20,000 nucleotides of DNA, from IMG/VR virus record IMGVR_UViG_3300024240_000003; one strand, written 5' to 3'. Under the pieces are notes generated by a model. It was given only the letters and a program-made list of their open reading frames with translations, did not search any database and was not told the DNA's origin. The DNA comes from an uncultured virus (IMG/VR IMGVR_UViG_3300024240_000003). Its lineage: Duplodnaviria; Heunggongvirae; Uroviricota; Caudoviricetes. This document shows, in pieces, positions 7,412 to 15,370 of the stretch (position 1 is its first letter; every line of letters starts with the position of its first letter). The translations under genes and the position numbers were made by a program.

Positions 7412-7741
7412 TTACTTTGACCTGAACCTTATCTTTTGATTTTTAAAATCCGGAATTGAAACTCCGCATCCTTCATCATGGAAATTGTAAATACCCGTTT
7501 CGTAATCGTAATCAATACCATCAGTATTAATTGTTACCATACTTGTATCCCCGTTGTCACGCACAGTCGTTATCTCCACCTGCCACCAGGTATCAGTTGA
7601 TATCTTGTGACCCGGTGTATCCGTCACCTTGTTATTCTGTGGCTCATTTGGCATGTTTTGATTGCAACCAAATATTTCTATTGTAACCATAGCTAATACT
7701 ACAAATGCTGCTAAGACCAGTAATGTTTTTTCGTATCTCAT
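7412..7741 (-). CDS. Exported protein / probable lipoprotein
   Basis: Hydrophobic signal followed by IFGC and a polar linker; AGGAGG RBS. Confidence 0.72.
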   Translation of the reverse strand: MRYEKTLLVLAAFVVLAMVTIEIFGCNQNMPNEPQNNKVTDTPGHKISTDTWWQVEITTVRDNGDTSMVTINTDGIDYDYETGIYNFHDEGCGVSIPDFKNQKIRFRSK

Positions 7742-7813
7742 TTTAAACCTCCTATTTTTTAATTTTTTTGAAAAAATTTCTTATAAAAGTCGCTATTGCT
7801 CTAATTTGTTCTT

Positions 7814-7854
7814 AAAAAAAGTTTGCCCGCCTGACGAAGATAGGCGGGCAAACC
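7814..7854 (-). terminator. Intrinsic terminator inside the leftward operon
   Basis: Perfect 12-bp stem GTTTGCCCGCCT/AGGCGGGCAAAC (7821-7853) followed on the minus strand by T7. Confidence 0.85.
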
Positions 7855-7861
7855 AAATTTT

Positions 7862-8125
7862 TTAACCGTCACCGGAACCGTCACCGGAACCGGAACCGTC
7901 ACCGGAACCGTAACCGGAACCGTCACCGGAACCGTAACCGGAACCGTCACCGGAACCGTAACCGGAACCGTAACCGGAACCGTAACCGTAACCGTAACCG
8001 GAACCGGAACCGGAACCGGAACCGGAACCGGAACCGGAACCGTAACCGGAACCGTAACCGTAACCGTCACCGGAACCGTCACCGGAACCGGAACCGGAAC
8101 CGGAACCGGAATTTACTTTTCCCAT
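7862..8125 (-). CDS. Glycine-rich (G-S/G-Y/G-D)n repeat protein, 87 aa (probable start MGKVNS at 8125)
   Basis: 40 Gly-X dipeptides. The ATG overlaps the end of the DUF6948 gene, a pairing recurrent in phages. Confidence 0.75.
   Translation of the reverse strand: MGKVNSGSGSGSGSGDGSGDGYGYGSGYGSGSGSGSGSGSGSGYGYGYGSGYGSGYGSGDGSGYGSGDGSGYGSGDGSGSGDGSGDG
7865..8110 (-). repeat. Hexamer tandem array GGTTCC/GGTTAC/GGTGAC
   Basis: About 40 contiguous 6-nt units of only three variants, directly visible. Confidence 0.97.
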
Positions 8126-8409
8126 ACCGGTACCTCTTTTATACTTTTTTCTGCGGCAGGTGTACAATCTATTATTTCAATTGCTTCAGTCAATTCCACT
8201 CTGTCAACTTCACAAGGGAATTTGCAATTTTCAGGTTTTTTTACACCTTCCATAGCAAGCTGACTTAATGATGCTGCTCCGTCCCAGTACCATAGCCGCC
8301 TCGCTTTTTCCATTACCACTTCTTTTCCTTTCTTTGCAATAATGTATCCGGCAAATACACCTGCTGAAAATGTTCTTACAATCTGATATTTCTTTTTGCC
8401 TTTAGGCAT
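8113..8409 (-). CDS. DUF6948 family phage protein
   Basis: IVRTFSAGVFAG...ARRLWYWDGAASLSQLAMEG...EAIEIIDCT..A..SI.EVPVW; AAGGAG RBS. Confidence 0.85.
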   Translation of the reverse strand: MPKGKKKYQIVRTFSAGVFAGYIIAKKGKEVVMEKARRLWYWDGAASLSQLAMEGVKKPENCKFPCEVDRVELTEAIEIIDCTPAAEKSIKEVPVWEK

Positions 8410-8425
8410 GTCTTTCTCCTTTCGT

Positions 8426-8647
8426 TTATGTTTTTAAATTATTACGCCTCTGCTTCACCTCCCGGTCAATATATACCTTCGCCGCGGGATGCCTTTCTTT
8501 GTAACTTTCAAAAAATTCTATCGCTTTTTTTTCATCTTCAAAATTCCTGACTACCTTTTTTTTCTTAATCCCCGCAACTCGCTTAATCACGTACATAATC
8601 GCTATCCTCGCCTTTAATGCTTCCAGTGTGTATACCTTTGTCTTCAT
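8426..8647 (-). CDS. Small basic hypothetical protein (probable start MKTKVY at 8647)
   Basis: ATGA overlap with the upstream stop and GAGG upstream. Confidence 0.7.
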   Translation of the reverse strand: MKTKVYTLEALKARIAIMYVIKRVAGIKKKKVVRNFEDEKKAIEFFESYKERHPAAKVYIDREVKQRRNNLKT

Positions 8648-8853
8648 GCCACCCTCTGCCTCTTTGAGTTCCATTCGTTCCATGTCGTTCTTAAATTCCT
8701 CTTGAACCATGTCGCACTCGCGTCGATTATATCCGCATCCATTAAATCCTTGAGCATCCCCTGCTCCTCCGCATTAAGCCTTACCATTACAGGAAGCTGG
8801 TCTTCTTTGGCTCTGGCTCTTCTCTTTTTTTCTCTTTGATTTTGATTTGACAT
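8644..8853 (-). CDS. Cro-position regulator, probable ribbon-helix-helix DNA-binding protein
   Basis: First gene of the leftward operon, divergent from the repressor. PVMVRLNAEEQGMLKDLM matches an RHH strand-helix pattern. Confidence 0.6.
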   Translation of the reverse strand: MSNQNQREKKRRARAKEDQLPVMVRLNAEEQGMLKDLMDADIIDASATWFKRNLRTTWNEWNSKRQRVA

Positions 8854-8875
8854 TGTCAAATATTCTCTTTATGTT
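8847..8875 (+). promoter_or_regulatory. Putative rightward (repressor) promoter
   Basis: TTGACA (8847-8852), 17 bp spacer, TATGTT (8870-8875). The -35 is half of the palindrome TTGACATTGTCAA. Confidence 0.5.
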
Positions 8876-8898
8876 AATTAAAATTATTTTGTGTTACG

Positions 8899-8945
8899 CA
8901 AAGTTAATAGAAATATTTCCATTTGTCAAGGGGATATTTCTATTA
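8899..8945 (-). promoter_or_regulatory. Leftward (lytic) promoter overlapped by an inverted-repeat operator
   Basis: Minus strand TTGACA (8929-8924), 17 bp, TAACTT(TG) (8906-8899; also fits the Bacteroidota TAnnTTTG element). Inverted repeat TAATAGAAATAT (8905-8916) / ATATTTCTATTA (8934-8945). Confidence 0.72.
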
Positions 8946-8963
8946 TGTAAAAATTTTTTATTC

Positions 8964-9317
8964 ATGGATATAACGGACAGGTTAAAGGAAATTATCGGTG
9001 ACTCTGATTTAAAAAAATTTGCTGACTTAATTAATGCCGACCCTTCAAGCTTAACAAAATATTTAAAAGGTACTATAAAGCCTACAACCGAGTTCTATAG
9101 AGCATTAACAGAGAAACTGCATATTAGTATTAGTTGGCTTATTGCCGGTATTGGAAGTAAGTATATTAATGCGGATTCTTATGATACATTAATTAAGGAA
9201 AATCTATTATTGAAAGACTCGTTAAAAAAAATTACCTACTCTATTTCAAGTGAGGTGTCTAAAATTGATAAAATTTCTAAACTGGATATTCCAAAAATTA
9301 AAAAGGTAAAAAAATAA
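8964..9317 (+). CDS. CI-like XRE-family HTH repressor (probable start MDITDRLK at 8964)
   Basis: DRLKEII...KKFADLINADPSSLTKYLKGTIKP...ISISWLIAGIG XRE fold; coiled-coil-like C-terminus; no S24 peptidase domain. Confidence 0.88.
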   Translation: MDITDRLKEIIGDSDLKKFADLINADPSSLTKYLKGTIKPTTEFYRALTEKLHISISWLIAGIGSKYINADSYDTLIKENLLLKDSLKKITYSISSEVSKIDKISKLDIPKIKKVKK

Positions 9318-9318
9318 A

Positions 9319-9636
9319 ATGATTAAATTGCCTTATAAAATCTTGTCTGGTATCTTCTCACTTTTTGTAATTATTGGTGGAATTTATTTTTTATATTTTT
9401 ATAAATCAGAAAACCTTCAACCGGAGCAGAATCAAAGAACAGGTTCTGGATTTATTCAAGAAGATAATACTTTACAATCCGATGAATGTTTTATCTGCAC
9501 CGGTCCAATGTCAAAACGATATCACAAAGATAAATATTGCAAAGGTTTATCCAAATGCAGTGGATATATAAAAAAAGAAAAGATAACCGAAGCAATTTCA
9601 AATGCTCATACACCTTGTAAAATTTGTTGGTATTAG
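9319..9636 (+). CDS. Membrane-anchored protein with C-terminal Cys/His metal-binding domain
   Basis: N-terminal TM helix; ICTGPMSKRYH...C.GL..C...TPCKIC motif. Confidence 0.8.
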   Translation: MIKLPYKILSGIFSLFVIIGGIYFLYFYKSENLQPEQNQRTGSGFIQEDNTLQSDECFICTGPMSKRYHKDKYCKGLSKCSGYIKKEKITEAISNAHTPCKICWY

Positions 9637-9698
9637 ATTTAATAATGAATAAATTCTTGATTTTACTTTGAGAACTTATAAATGAGTATTAACTTCTA

Positions 9699-10106
9699 AT
9701 GCAAAAGAAAGAAAAAATGAGAAAAGAAAATAATGAATATTTTCTCAAAAAAGACGTGTATTCCGCTTTTGCGTTTTTCGGATTTATAATGTTTGTGTTA
9801 ATCTTAAGCATATTTGAAAGTGTTGAGAACAATGAGGATAGAGTAAAATTAACTGGAAAATCTTTTCCGGTTGATATTGAATGGAACTCAATTACCCAAC
9901 ATCAAAAGGATTCTGTAATCCTTAGATATGGAAAAATAAAAACCCGCGAGTTGTTGGATATTATTTATAAATGGAGGGAAATAAATAATTACCGCTCGGT
10001 TAATGGCAGAGATTTGTTAGACAAACTAATAGAAGCTAAATTAATCTCCGAAGATGACGTTTCGGAATATTACAAAGAAGTGATTATAGACAATGAATCA
10101 AAATAA
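9699..10106 (+). CDS. Hypothetical membrane protein
   Basis: Single TM segment AFAFFGFIMFVLILSIF. Confidence 0.75.
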   Translation: MQKKEKMRKENNEYFLKKDVYSAFAFFGFIMFVLILSIFESVENNEDRVKLTGKSFPVDIEWNSITQHQKDSVILRYGKIKTRELLDIIYKWREINNYRSVNGRDLLDKLIEAKLISEDDVSEYYKEVIIDNESK

Positions 10107-10112
10107 AACATT

Positions 10113-10583
10113 ATGAATAAATTTTATTTTCTTATTTTCGCACTCTGCTGCCTGCTTTCCGCTTGCAGCAAAGATTCCGGCAATCCGGTGAATAATCAAA
10201 CTCCTACGGACCCAAACGGAACAGTATTATACGAGCGTCCCGGACAGGATTCCGTTTATGGCTTCATAGGTATTCATGGAGCTATTGAAGATTCTGTTTT
10301 TTGTAACTTCGATTTTACCGGCAGCGATAGTGTTATTACTATCTGTTCCGCTAAAACAAATCTGGATATGACTCCTTCACCCGTGGGAATATTCGCTACA
10401 AGCGATACATGCTTACTTACAATAATCCAGCCCCTCTATAATTCTGGCAATTTTGCAGAATATAGATGCGCTTATAAATCCCCTAAAAGAAAATTTAGTT
10501 TTGCAATACTTACTATAAATAACGGGGGGCAGGGCTTAAATTATTTTCTCGTCGTAAAAAACTTAAAAATCTATAAAAAATGA
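10113..10583 (+). CDS. Lipoprotein
   Basis: MNKFYFLIFALCCLLSAC lipobox followed by a SKDSGNPVNN linker. Confidence 0.85.
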   Translation: MNKFYFLIFALCCLLSACSKDSGNPVNNQTPTDPNGTVLYERPGQDSVYGFIGIHGAIEDSVFCNFDFTGSDSVITICSAKTNLDMTPSPVGIFATSDTCLLTIIQPLYNSGNFAEYRCAYKSPKRKFSFAILTINNGGQGLNYFLVVKNLKIYKK

Positions 10584-10652
10584 AAATCGTACTTGACACT
10601 TGCATGACACAAACAATCATAAATCCTTAAAATTAATCAAATTACGCACAAT

Positions 10653-10724
<72 letters not shown>

Positions 10725-10793
10725 CACTCAATATTAAATGTTAAATGTTAAATTAAGAGCATTTTCATTTTAAATAGTTTTTTCGCAGATAAT

Positions 10794-11879
10794 ATGAAGA
10801 AAATATTTTTTACAACGGGTCCGACGCAGTTATATCCTCAAATAAAAAATTATTTGAACGAGGCTATTGATGAAAATATTCTTTCACTTCCCCACAGAAG
10901 CGAACAATTCACAAACATTATTAAAGATACTGTCTCCGAATTAAAAAATTTATTAAATGTTCCGGAAAATTTTCAGATTTTCTTTCTAAGTTCTGGAACC
11001 GAATGCATGGAAAGGATTATTGAAAATCTTGTCGAAGATTTAAGTTTTCATTTTATAAACGGATATTTCGGCGACAGGTTTTTTAATATCGCAGTCAATT
11101 TAAATAAATCTCCTGAATATATTAAATGTGAATACGGAAAAAATTTCAATTTCAAAAAACTTTTTATACCAGTCGGATATGAATTAGCCTGTTTTACTCA
11201 GAACGAAACAAGTACGGGCGTTGCAATCGATATGAAAGATATTTATGAATTAAAGAAAAAACATCCGGAGATTATATTTGCTATCGATGCAGTGAGCAGT
11301 GTCCCGTATACAGAACTGGATTATAACTTTATCGATTGTGCATTCTTTTCGGTACAAAAAGGATTCGGAATGCCTTCCGGTTTGGGAATTATAATTATAA
11401 ATAAAGATTGTATTGAAAAAACAAAATATCTACAGAGTAAAAATATTAATACGGGAAGTTATCACAATTTTATTAACCTGTCCCGAAATGCCGAACATTA
11501 TCAGACCGCAATGACGCCTAATATGCTTGCAATCTATCTCTGCGGAAAAGTCGCTCATTATCTCAACAAAATCGGAACAGGGAAAATACGGATGGAAACG
11601 GAGCAAAAGGCTCAGCTGCTATATGACTTTTTTGAAAAAAATAAATTCGTTTATCCAGCTGTGAAAAAACATTCCGACAGGTCTCAGACTACACTTGTTA
11701 TGAATGTTAATAAAAATCCGGAAGTATTATTGAATAAACTTAATGAAAAAGGATTTGTGCTAAGCAATGGATATAAGGATTACAAAGATTCACAAATAAG
11801 GATTGGAAATTTCCCGATGCATACAATTGAGGATGTGAAAAATTTGATAAAAGCGTTTAAATCAATTTTAAAATTCTAA
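10794..11879 (+). CDS. serC: Phosphoserine aminotransferase (class V PLP enzyme)
   Basis: FTTGP, HRS, NETSTG, IDAVSS and FSVQKGFG (PLP lysine) motifs. Confidence 0.8.
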   Translation: MKKIFFTTGPTQLYPQIKNYLNEAIDENILSLPHRSEQFTNIIKDTVSELKNLLNVPENFQIFFLSSGTECMERIIENLVEDLSFHFINGYFGDRFFNIAVNLNKSPEYIKCEYGKNFNFKKLFIPVGYELACFTQNETSTGVAIDMKDIYELKKKHPEIIFAIDAVSSVPYTELDYNFIDCAFFSVQKGFGMPSGLGIIIINKDCIEKTKYLQSKNINTGSYHNFINLSRNAEHYQTAMTPNMLAIYLCGKVAHYLNKIGTGKIRMETEQKAQLLYDFFEKNKFVYPAVKKHSDRSQTTLVMNVNKNPEVLLNKLNEKGFVLSNGYKDYKDSQIRIGNFPMHTIEDVKNLIKAFKSILKF

Positions 11880-11995
11880 ATAATTATTAAAGCGTAATAT
11901 CGAAATCCTATTATAATTCGTAATTAGAAAATCAGAATTTTTAGAACCCGTATTTTAATATTTAACAAGAAAATTTAGTTTCACAATTTTTTGTT

Positions 11996-12068
11996 CAACT
12001 CCTCCGGAGTTGTTATGTTCGTAGTCAATATTTTGTTACAAATATAAAACTCCTTCGGAGTTTATATT
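11996..12068. repeat. Pair of REP-like hairpins AACTCCT(C/T)CGGAGTT
   Basis: Copies at 11997-12011 and 12048-12062, direct orientation, 51-bp period. Confidence 0.75.
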
Positions 12069-12140
12069 AATCTAAATTAGAAATTCAATTTCTAATCAAT
12101 TTTACATTTATCTTTATAAATTAATACTTTAATTTATTTT

Positions 12141-13448
12141 ATGGATTTGTTTGATGATAATATTGTAAAGGAAAATGTGCCGCTTTCGGAGCGGATGCGA
12201 CCGAAGACACTCGATGAATTTGCCGGACAGGAGCATCTTGTCGGAACCGGGCGTCCGATTAGATTAATGATTGAAAGGAATGACCCTGTGTCTATGATAT
12301 TCTGGGGTCCTCCGGGAGTTGGGAAAACAACACTCGCTTTAATCATCGCTAATTCGGTAAAAGCTAATTTCATACAGCTCTCCGCAGTTTCATCGGGCGT
12401 TAAAGATGTAAGAGAAGCAATTGAAAAAGCAGGACGCGACCAAAAATATTCTCGAGCGAAGACTATTGTTTTCATTGATGAAATTCACAGGTTCAATAAA
12501 GCCCAGCAGGATTCGCTCCTGCACAGCGTTGAAAAAGGTATTATAATTTTAATCGGTGCAACTACAGAAAATCCTTCTTTCGAAGTTATTTCTCCTCTGC
12601 TTTCGAGATGTAGAGTTTACGTCCTCGAAGAATTGAAGCAAAAAGATTTTGAGAATATGATGACGAGAGTTTTGAAAGAAGATGAATTTTTAAAAGATAA
12701 AAATATTATTATCGAAGATAAAAAATTTCTTATTAAAATGTCCAATGGCGACGGAAGGAGATTATTGAATGGTCTCGAACTCGCTACGAAAATTACCAAA
12801 CCCGAAGATGATAATTCGGTAAGGATTACAAATGATATTTTAAAAGAAGCATTCCAGACAAACTATATTAAATACGATAAGAATCAGGAAGAACATTATA
12901 ATATAATTTCAGCGTTCATTAAAAGTATGCGTGGAAGCGACCCTGATGCAGCCGTTTACTGGCTTGCAAGAATGCTTAAAGGCGGCGAGGACCCGAAATT
13001 CATTGCACGGCGAATGATTGTACTTGCTTCCGAAGATGTGGGTAATGCAGATCCTTACGCATTAACGCTTGCTACGAGTACATTTACGGCTGTAAATTAT
13101 ATAGGAATGCCGGAAGCAAGAATAATATTGGCACAAACGGCAGTATATCTTTCGAGCTGTCCGAAAAGCAATTCTTCTTATATGGCGGTTGAGGGCGCCT
13201 ACGGCGATGTTAATGATTTACCGGCTTATGACGTTCCGATGCATTTGAGAAATGCTCCGACAAAGCTGATGAAAGAACTCGGATATCACGAAGGTTATAA
13301 ATATGCGCATAGTTTCGAAAATCATTTTGTCGAAATGGATTACCTGCCGAAGGAATTGAAAGATAAAATTTATTATCACCCGACAGAATTCGGAACGGAA
13401 GGAAAGTTTAAGAAACGTTTGAATGAATTGTGGAAAAAAAGGAAATAA
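12141..13448 (+). CDS. rarA: Replication-associated recombination protein A (MgsA/RarA AAA+ ATPase)
   Basis: PLSERMRP, GPPGVGKTT, FIDEIHRFNKAQQD, GATTENPSF, KSMRGSDPDAA and VPMHLRNAPT motifs. Confidence 0.97.
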   Translation: MDLFDDNIVKENVPLSERMRPKTLDEFAGQEHLVGTGRPIRLMIERNDPVSMIFWGPPGVGKTTLALIIANSVKANFIQLSAVSSGVKDVREAIEKAGRDQKYSRAKTIVFIDEIHRFNKAQQDSLLHSVEKGIIILIGATTENPSFEVISPLLSRCRVYVLEELKQKDFENMMTRVLKEDEFLKDKNIIIEDKKFLIKMSNGDGRRLLNGLELATKITKPEDDNSVRITNDILKEAFQTNYIKYDKNQEEHYNIISAFIKSMRGSDPDAAVYWLARMLKGGEDPKFIARRMIVLASEDVGNADPYALTLATSTFTAVNYIGMPEARIILAQTAVYLSSCPKSNSSYMAVEGAYGDVNDLPAYDVPMHLRNAPTKLMKELGYHEGYKYAHSFENHFVEMDYLPKELKDKIYYHPTEFGTEGKFKKRLNELWKKRK

Positions 13449-13451
13449 TAA

Positions 13452-13479
13452 TTTTGAATGTTGAATTTTGAATGTTGAA
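13452..13479. repeat. Heptamer tandem repeat (T[T/G]TTGAA)x4
   Basis: TTTTGAA TGTTGAA TTTTGAA TGTTGAA immediately after the rarA stop. Confidence 0.8.
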
Positions 13480-13523
13480 TAAAAAATTATTTGTGATTAA
13501 TTATTAGCTATTTATTCAATACG

Positions 13524-13592
13524 AACGGAAAACCCCTAACGGGGTTGTTAAATTTTAATTATTTCCTATAAACGGAAAACCCTAACGGGGTT
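13524..13592. repeat. Pair of REP-like hairpins AACGGAAAACCC(C)TAACGGGGTT
   Basis: Copies at 13524-13546 and 13571-13592 between convergent rarA and ltaE. Confidence 0.8.
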
Positions 13593-13645
13593 TTAAATAC
13601 AAAGCTTTATTAATATTATATTTTTAGCAAATAATTAAAAATTCA

Positions 13646-14665
13646 TTACAAATTTTTAATCACTTCCACTGCGGTTTTTACTTCATCCATACTTACATCG
13701 AGATGGAAGACGGCGCGGAGATTTTCGAAACTACCAGCAGAAATTAAAACACCTTTTTCTTTCATAATTTTTATAAAATCCGGTTTTGCAAATTTTGATG
13801 TTGAAAAAACGACAATATTAGTATGAACTAATTCCGGATTTAAATTAATCCAGTCGAGATTGGAAATTTCTTTGGCGAAATATTTTGCTTTATTATTATC
13901 TTCTTTTAATCTTTCAATGTTGTTATCGAGAGCGTAAAGTGCAGCAGCAGCAAGTATTCCGGCTTGTCTCATTCCACCGCCGAGAATTTTTCTCCACCTG
14001 TGAGCGATTGTAATAAATTCGTTAGTCCCGCAAATTATAGAGCCGACAGGTGCGCCAAGTCCTTTGGAAAAGCAGAATGAAATTGAATCAAAATAACTTG
14101 CATATTCTTTAATGGTAATTCCGGTCTCAACGTATGCATTAAAAATCCTCGCACCATCCATATGCAGTTTAATTCCGTTTTCTCTCGCGAAATTTGAAAT
14201 TTCTTTAATGTATTCAATCGGCTGAATCACTCCGCCTGCACGGTTATGAGTATTTTCAAGACAAATTAATCTTGTTCTGGGAAAATAATATTCTTTAGTT
14301 CTTACGAATTTTTTTAGTTCATCCAGTTGCATAATGCCGTTCTCACCGACTACAGTCATGACCTGAACGTTCGAAATTATTGATGGCGCCGCTGTTTCGT
14401 AATTAAATATATGAGATTCTGATTCGAGTATAATTTCATCACCAGGTTGTGTATGAGACTTTACGGAAAGCTGGTTCCCGAGACATCCTGAAGATACGTA
14501 TAATGCTCTTTCTTTACCTGTTAATCCGGCACATCGTTCCTGTAGTTTGTTTATGGTTGGGTCTTCGCCGAAAACATCATCGCCTACTTCAGCGTTAAAC
14601 ATTGCTTCCCGCATGCCTTTAGAAGGTTTAGTGACCGTATCGCTTCTGATGTCTATGTAGTTCAT
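13646..14665 (-). CDS. ltaE: Low-specificity L-threonine aldolase
   Basis: IDIRSDTVTKP, GDDVFGEDPT, LENTHN, HMDGARIFNA, CFSKGLGAPVGS and GGGMRQAG motifs. Confidence 0.95.
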   Translation of the reverse strand: MNYIDIRSDTVTKPSKGMREAMFNAEVGDDVFGEDPTINKLQERCAGLTGKERALYVSSGCLGNQLSVKSHTQPGDEIILESESHIFNYETAAPSIISNVQVMTVVGENGIMQLDELKKFVRTKEYYFPRTRLICLENTHNRAGGVIQPIEYIKEISNFARENGIKLHMDGARIFNAYVETGITIKEYASYFDSISFCFSKGLGAPVGSIICGTNEFITIAHRWRKILGGGMRQAGILAAAALYALDNNIERLKEDNNKAKYFAKEISNLDWINLNPELVHTNIVVFSTSKFAKPDFIKIMKEKGVLISAGSFENLRAVFHLDVSMDEVKTAVEVIKNL

Positions 14666-14684
14666 GTTGATTGTAATTTATTTT

Positions 14685-14712
14685 TCTATCCCAAGCCGGG
14701 GCTTGGGATAGA
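14685..14712. repeat. Perfect 12-bp hairpin TCTATCCCAAGC-CGGG-GCTTGGGATAGA (REP-like / mRNA-stabilising)
   Basis: Inverted repeat is visible; no downstream T-tract on either strand, so not a canonical terminator. Confidence 0.65.
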
Positions 14713-14720
14713 GGAAAAAA

Positions 14721-15077
14721 TTAAAGAATAAGCTGTTGATCAGAATTTATTATTATCGAATCAATTTTTTGTTTTAAATCTGGTATGTCAATTTTAATTG
14801 TTTCCCAAACTGCATTTATATCTACGCCAAAATAATCATGTATAAGTTTATTTCTCATCCCAATAATATTTTTCCAGGGAATATAATTGAATTTTAATTG
14901 AAATTCTTTCGAAAGTTTTGACGATGCCTCTCCGATTATCTCGATTTGCCTTATAACGGCATCTTGTATAATTGTTTTTGAACCAAAGTTATCTTCATTT
15001 ATATCCTCGCAATATTCAATTATTTTATTTATTGAATCTCTAATATGATAGATATATACTAAATCTTCCCTACTCAT
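14721..15077 (-). CDS. hepT: HEPN/DUF86 ribonuclease toxin (HepT)
   Basis: DAVIRQIEIIGEA, IPWKNIIGMRNKLIHDYFG (RX4HXY motif). Confidence 0.92.
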   Translation of the reverse strand: MSREDLVYIYHIRDSINKIIEYCEDINEDNFGSKTIIQDAVIRQIEIIGEASSKLSKEFQLKFNYIPWKNIIGMRNKLIHDYFGVDINAVWETIKIDIPDLKQKIDSIIINSDQQLIL

Positions 15078-15367
15078 TGATATAAAACTTTAATATCATT
15101 TTTTATAATAGGATAAATATATGGGCTTATTGATGCTTTTGTAAGTAAATCGACTTTAATTCCAAGGTATTCAGATAAATCCCGTTCAATTTCAACAAAC
15201 TGAAGTAAACTTTTTTTATCTAAAAATTCGACTAAAATATCAATATCACTCGATTGTGTTTCCTTATCTTTTACATATGAACCGAAAACAGATATTTTAC
15301 CGGCATTATTTTTCTTTAAAAAAGAAATAATTTTTGTATAAATTTCCTGTTTTTCTGTTTTGTCCAT
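15074..15367 (-). CDS. mntA: Minimal nucleotidyltransferase antitoxin (MntA)
   Basis: FGSY...SDIDILVEF (GSX10DXD) and KVDLLT; ATGA overlap with hepT. Confidence 0.92.
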   Translation of the reverse strand: MDKTEKQEIYTKIISFLKKNNAGKISVFGSYVKDKETQSSDIDILVEFLDKKSLLQFVEIERDLSEYLGIKVDLLTKASISPYIYPIIKNDIKVLYQ

Positions 15368-15370
15368 ATT

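Larger units (their letters stand above)
1..10652. mobile_element. Prophage (right end: early/replication module, immunity region, lysogenic cassette); continues beyond the left edge
   Basis: Tightly packed co-oriented small ORFs with phage-type families (DUF5131, VRR-NUC, DUF6948, initiator with iterons, Gp3-like) and a divergent XRE/RHH switch. Abrupt change to housekeeping genes after tRNA-Gly. The exact att site cannot be seen without the other end. Confidence 0.92.

Noticed and set aside
7831..7853. CTGACGA as a hammerhead ribozyme core
   Set aside because: No stem II followed by GAAA and no stem III; the sequence is the loop region of a simple terminator hairpin.
649..7865. Plus-strand ORFs of the track within the leftward operon (e.g. 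649-924, 1110-1406, 4442-4783, 6375-6719)
   Set aside because: Antisense shadows of well-supported minus-strand genes, with no motifs.
7801..8082. Alternative-frame ORF MTVPVTVTV...
   Set aside because: Shadow frame of the hexamer array; it runs through the terminator hairpin and has no RBS.
10593..10625. TTGACA as the -35 of a tRNA-Gly promoter
   Set aside because: No acceptable -10 hexamer at 16-18 bp spacing.
1..10652. Diversity-generating retroelement, retron or integrase
   Set aside because: No reverse transcriptase or recombinase motifs and no TR/VR-like repeat pair were noticed in the window.
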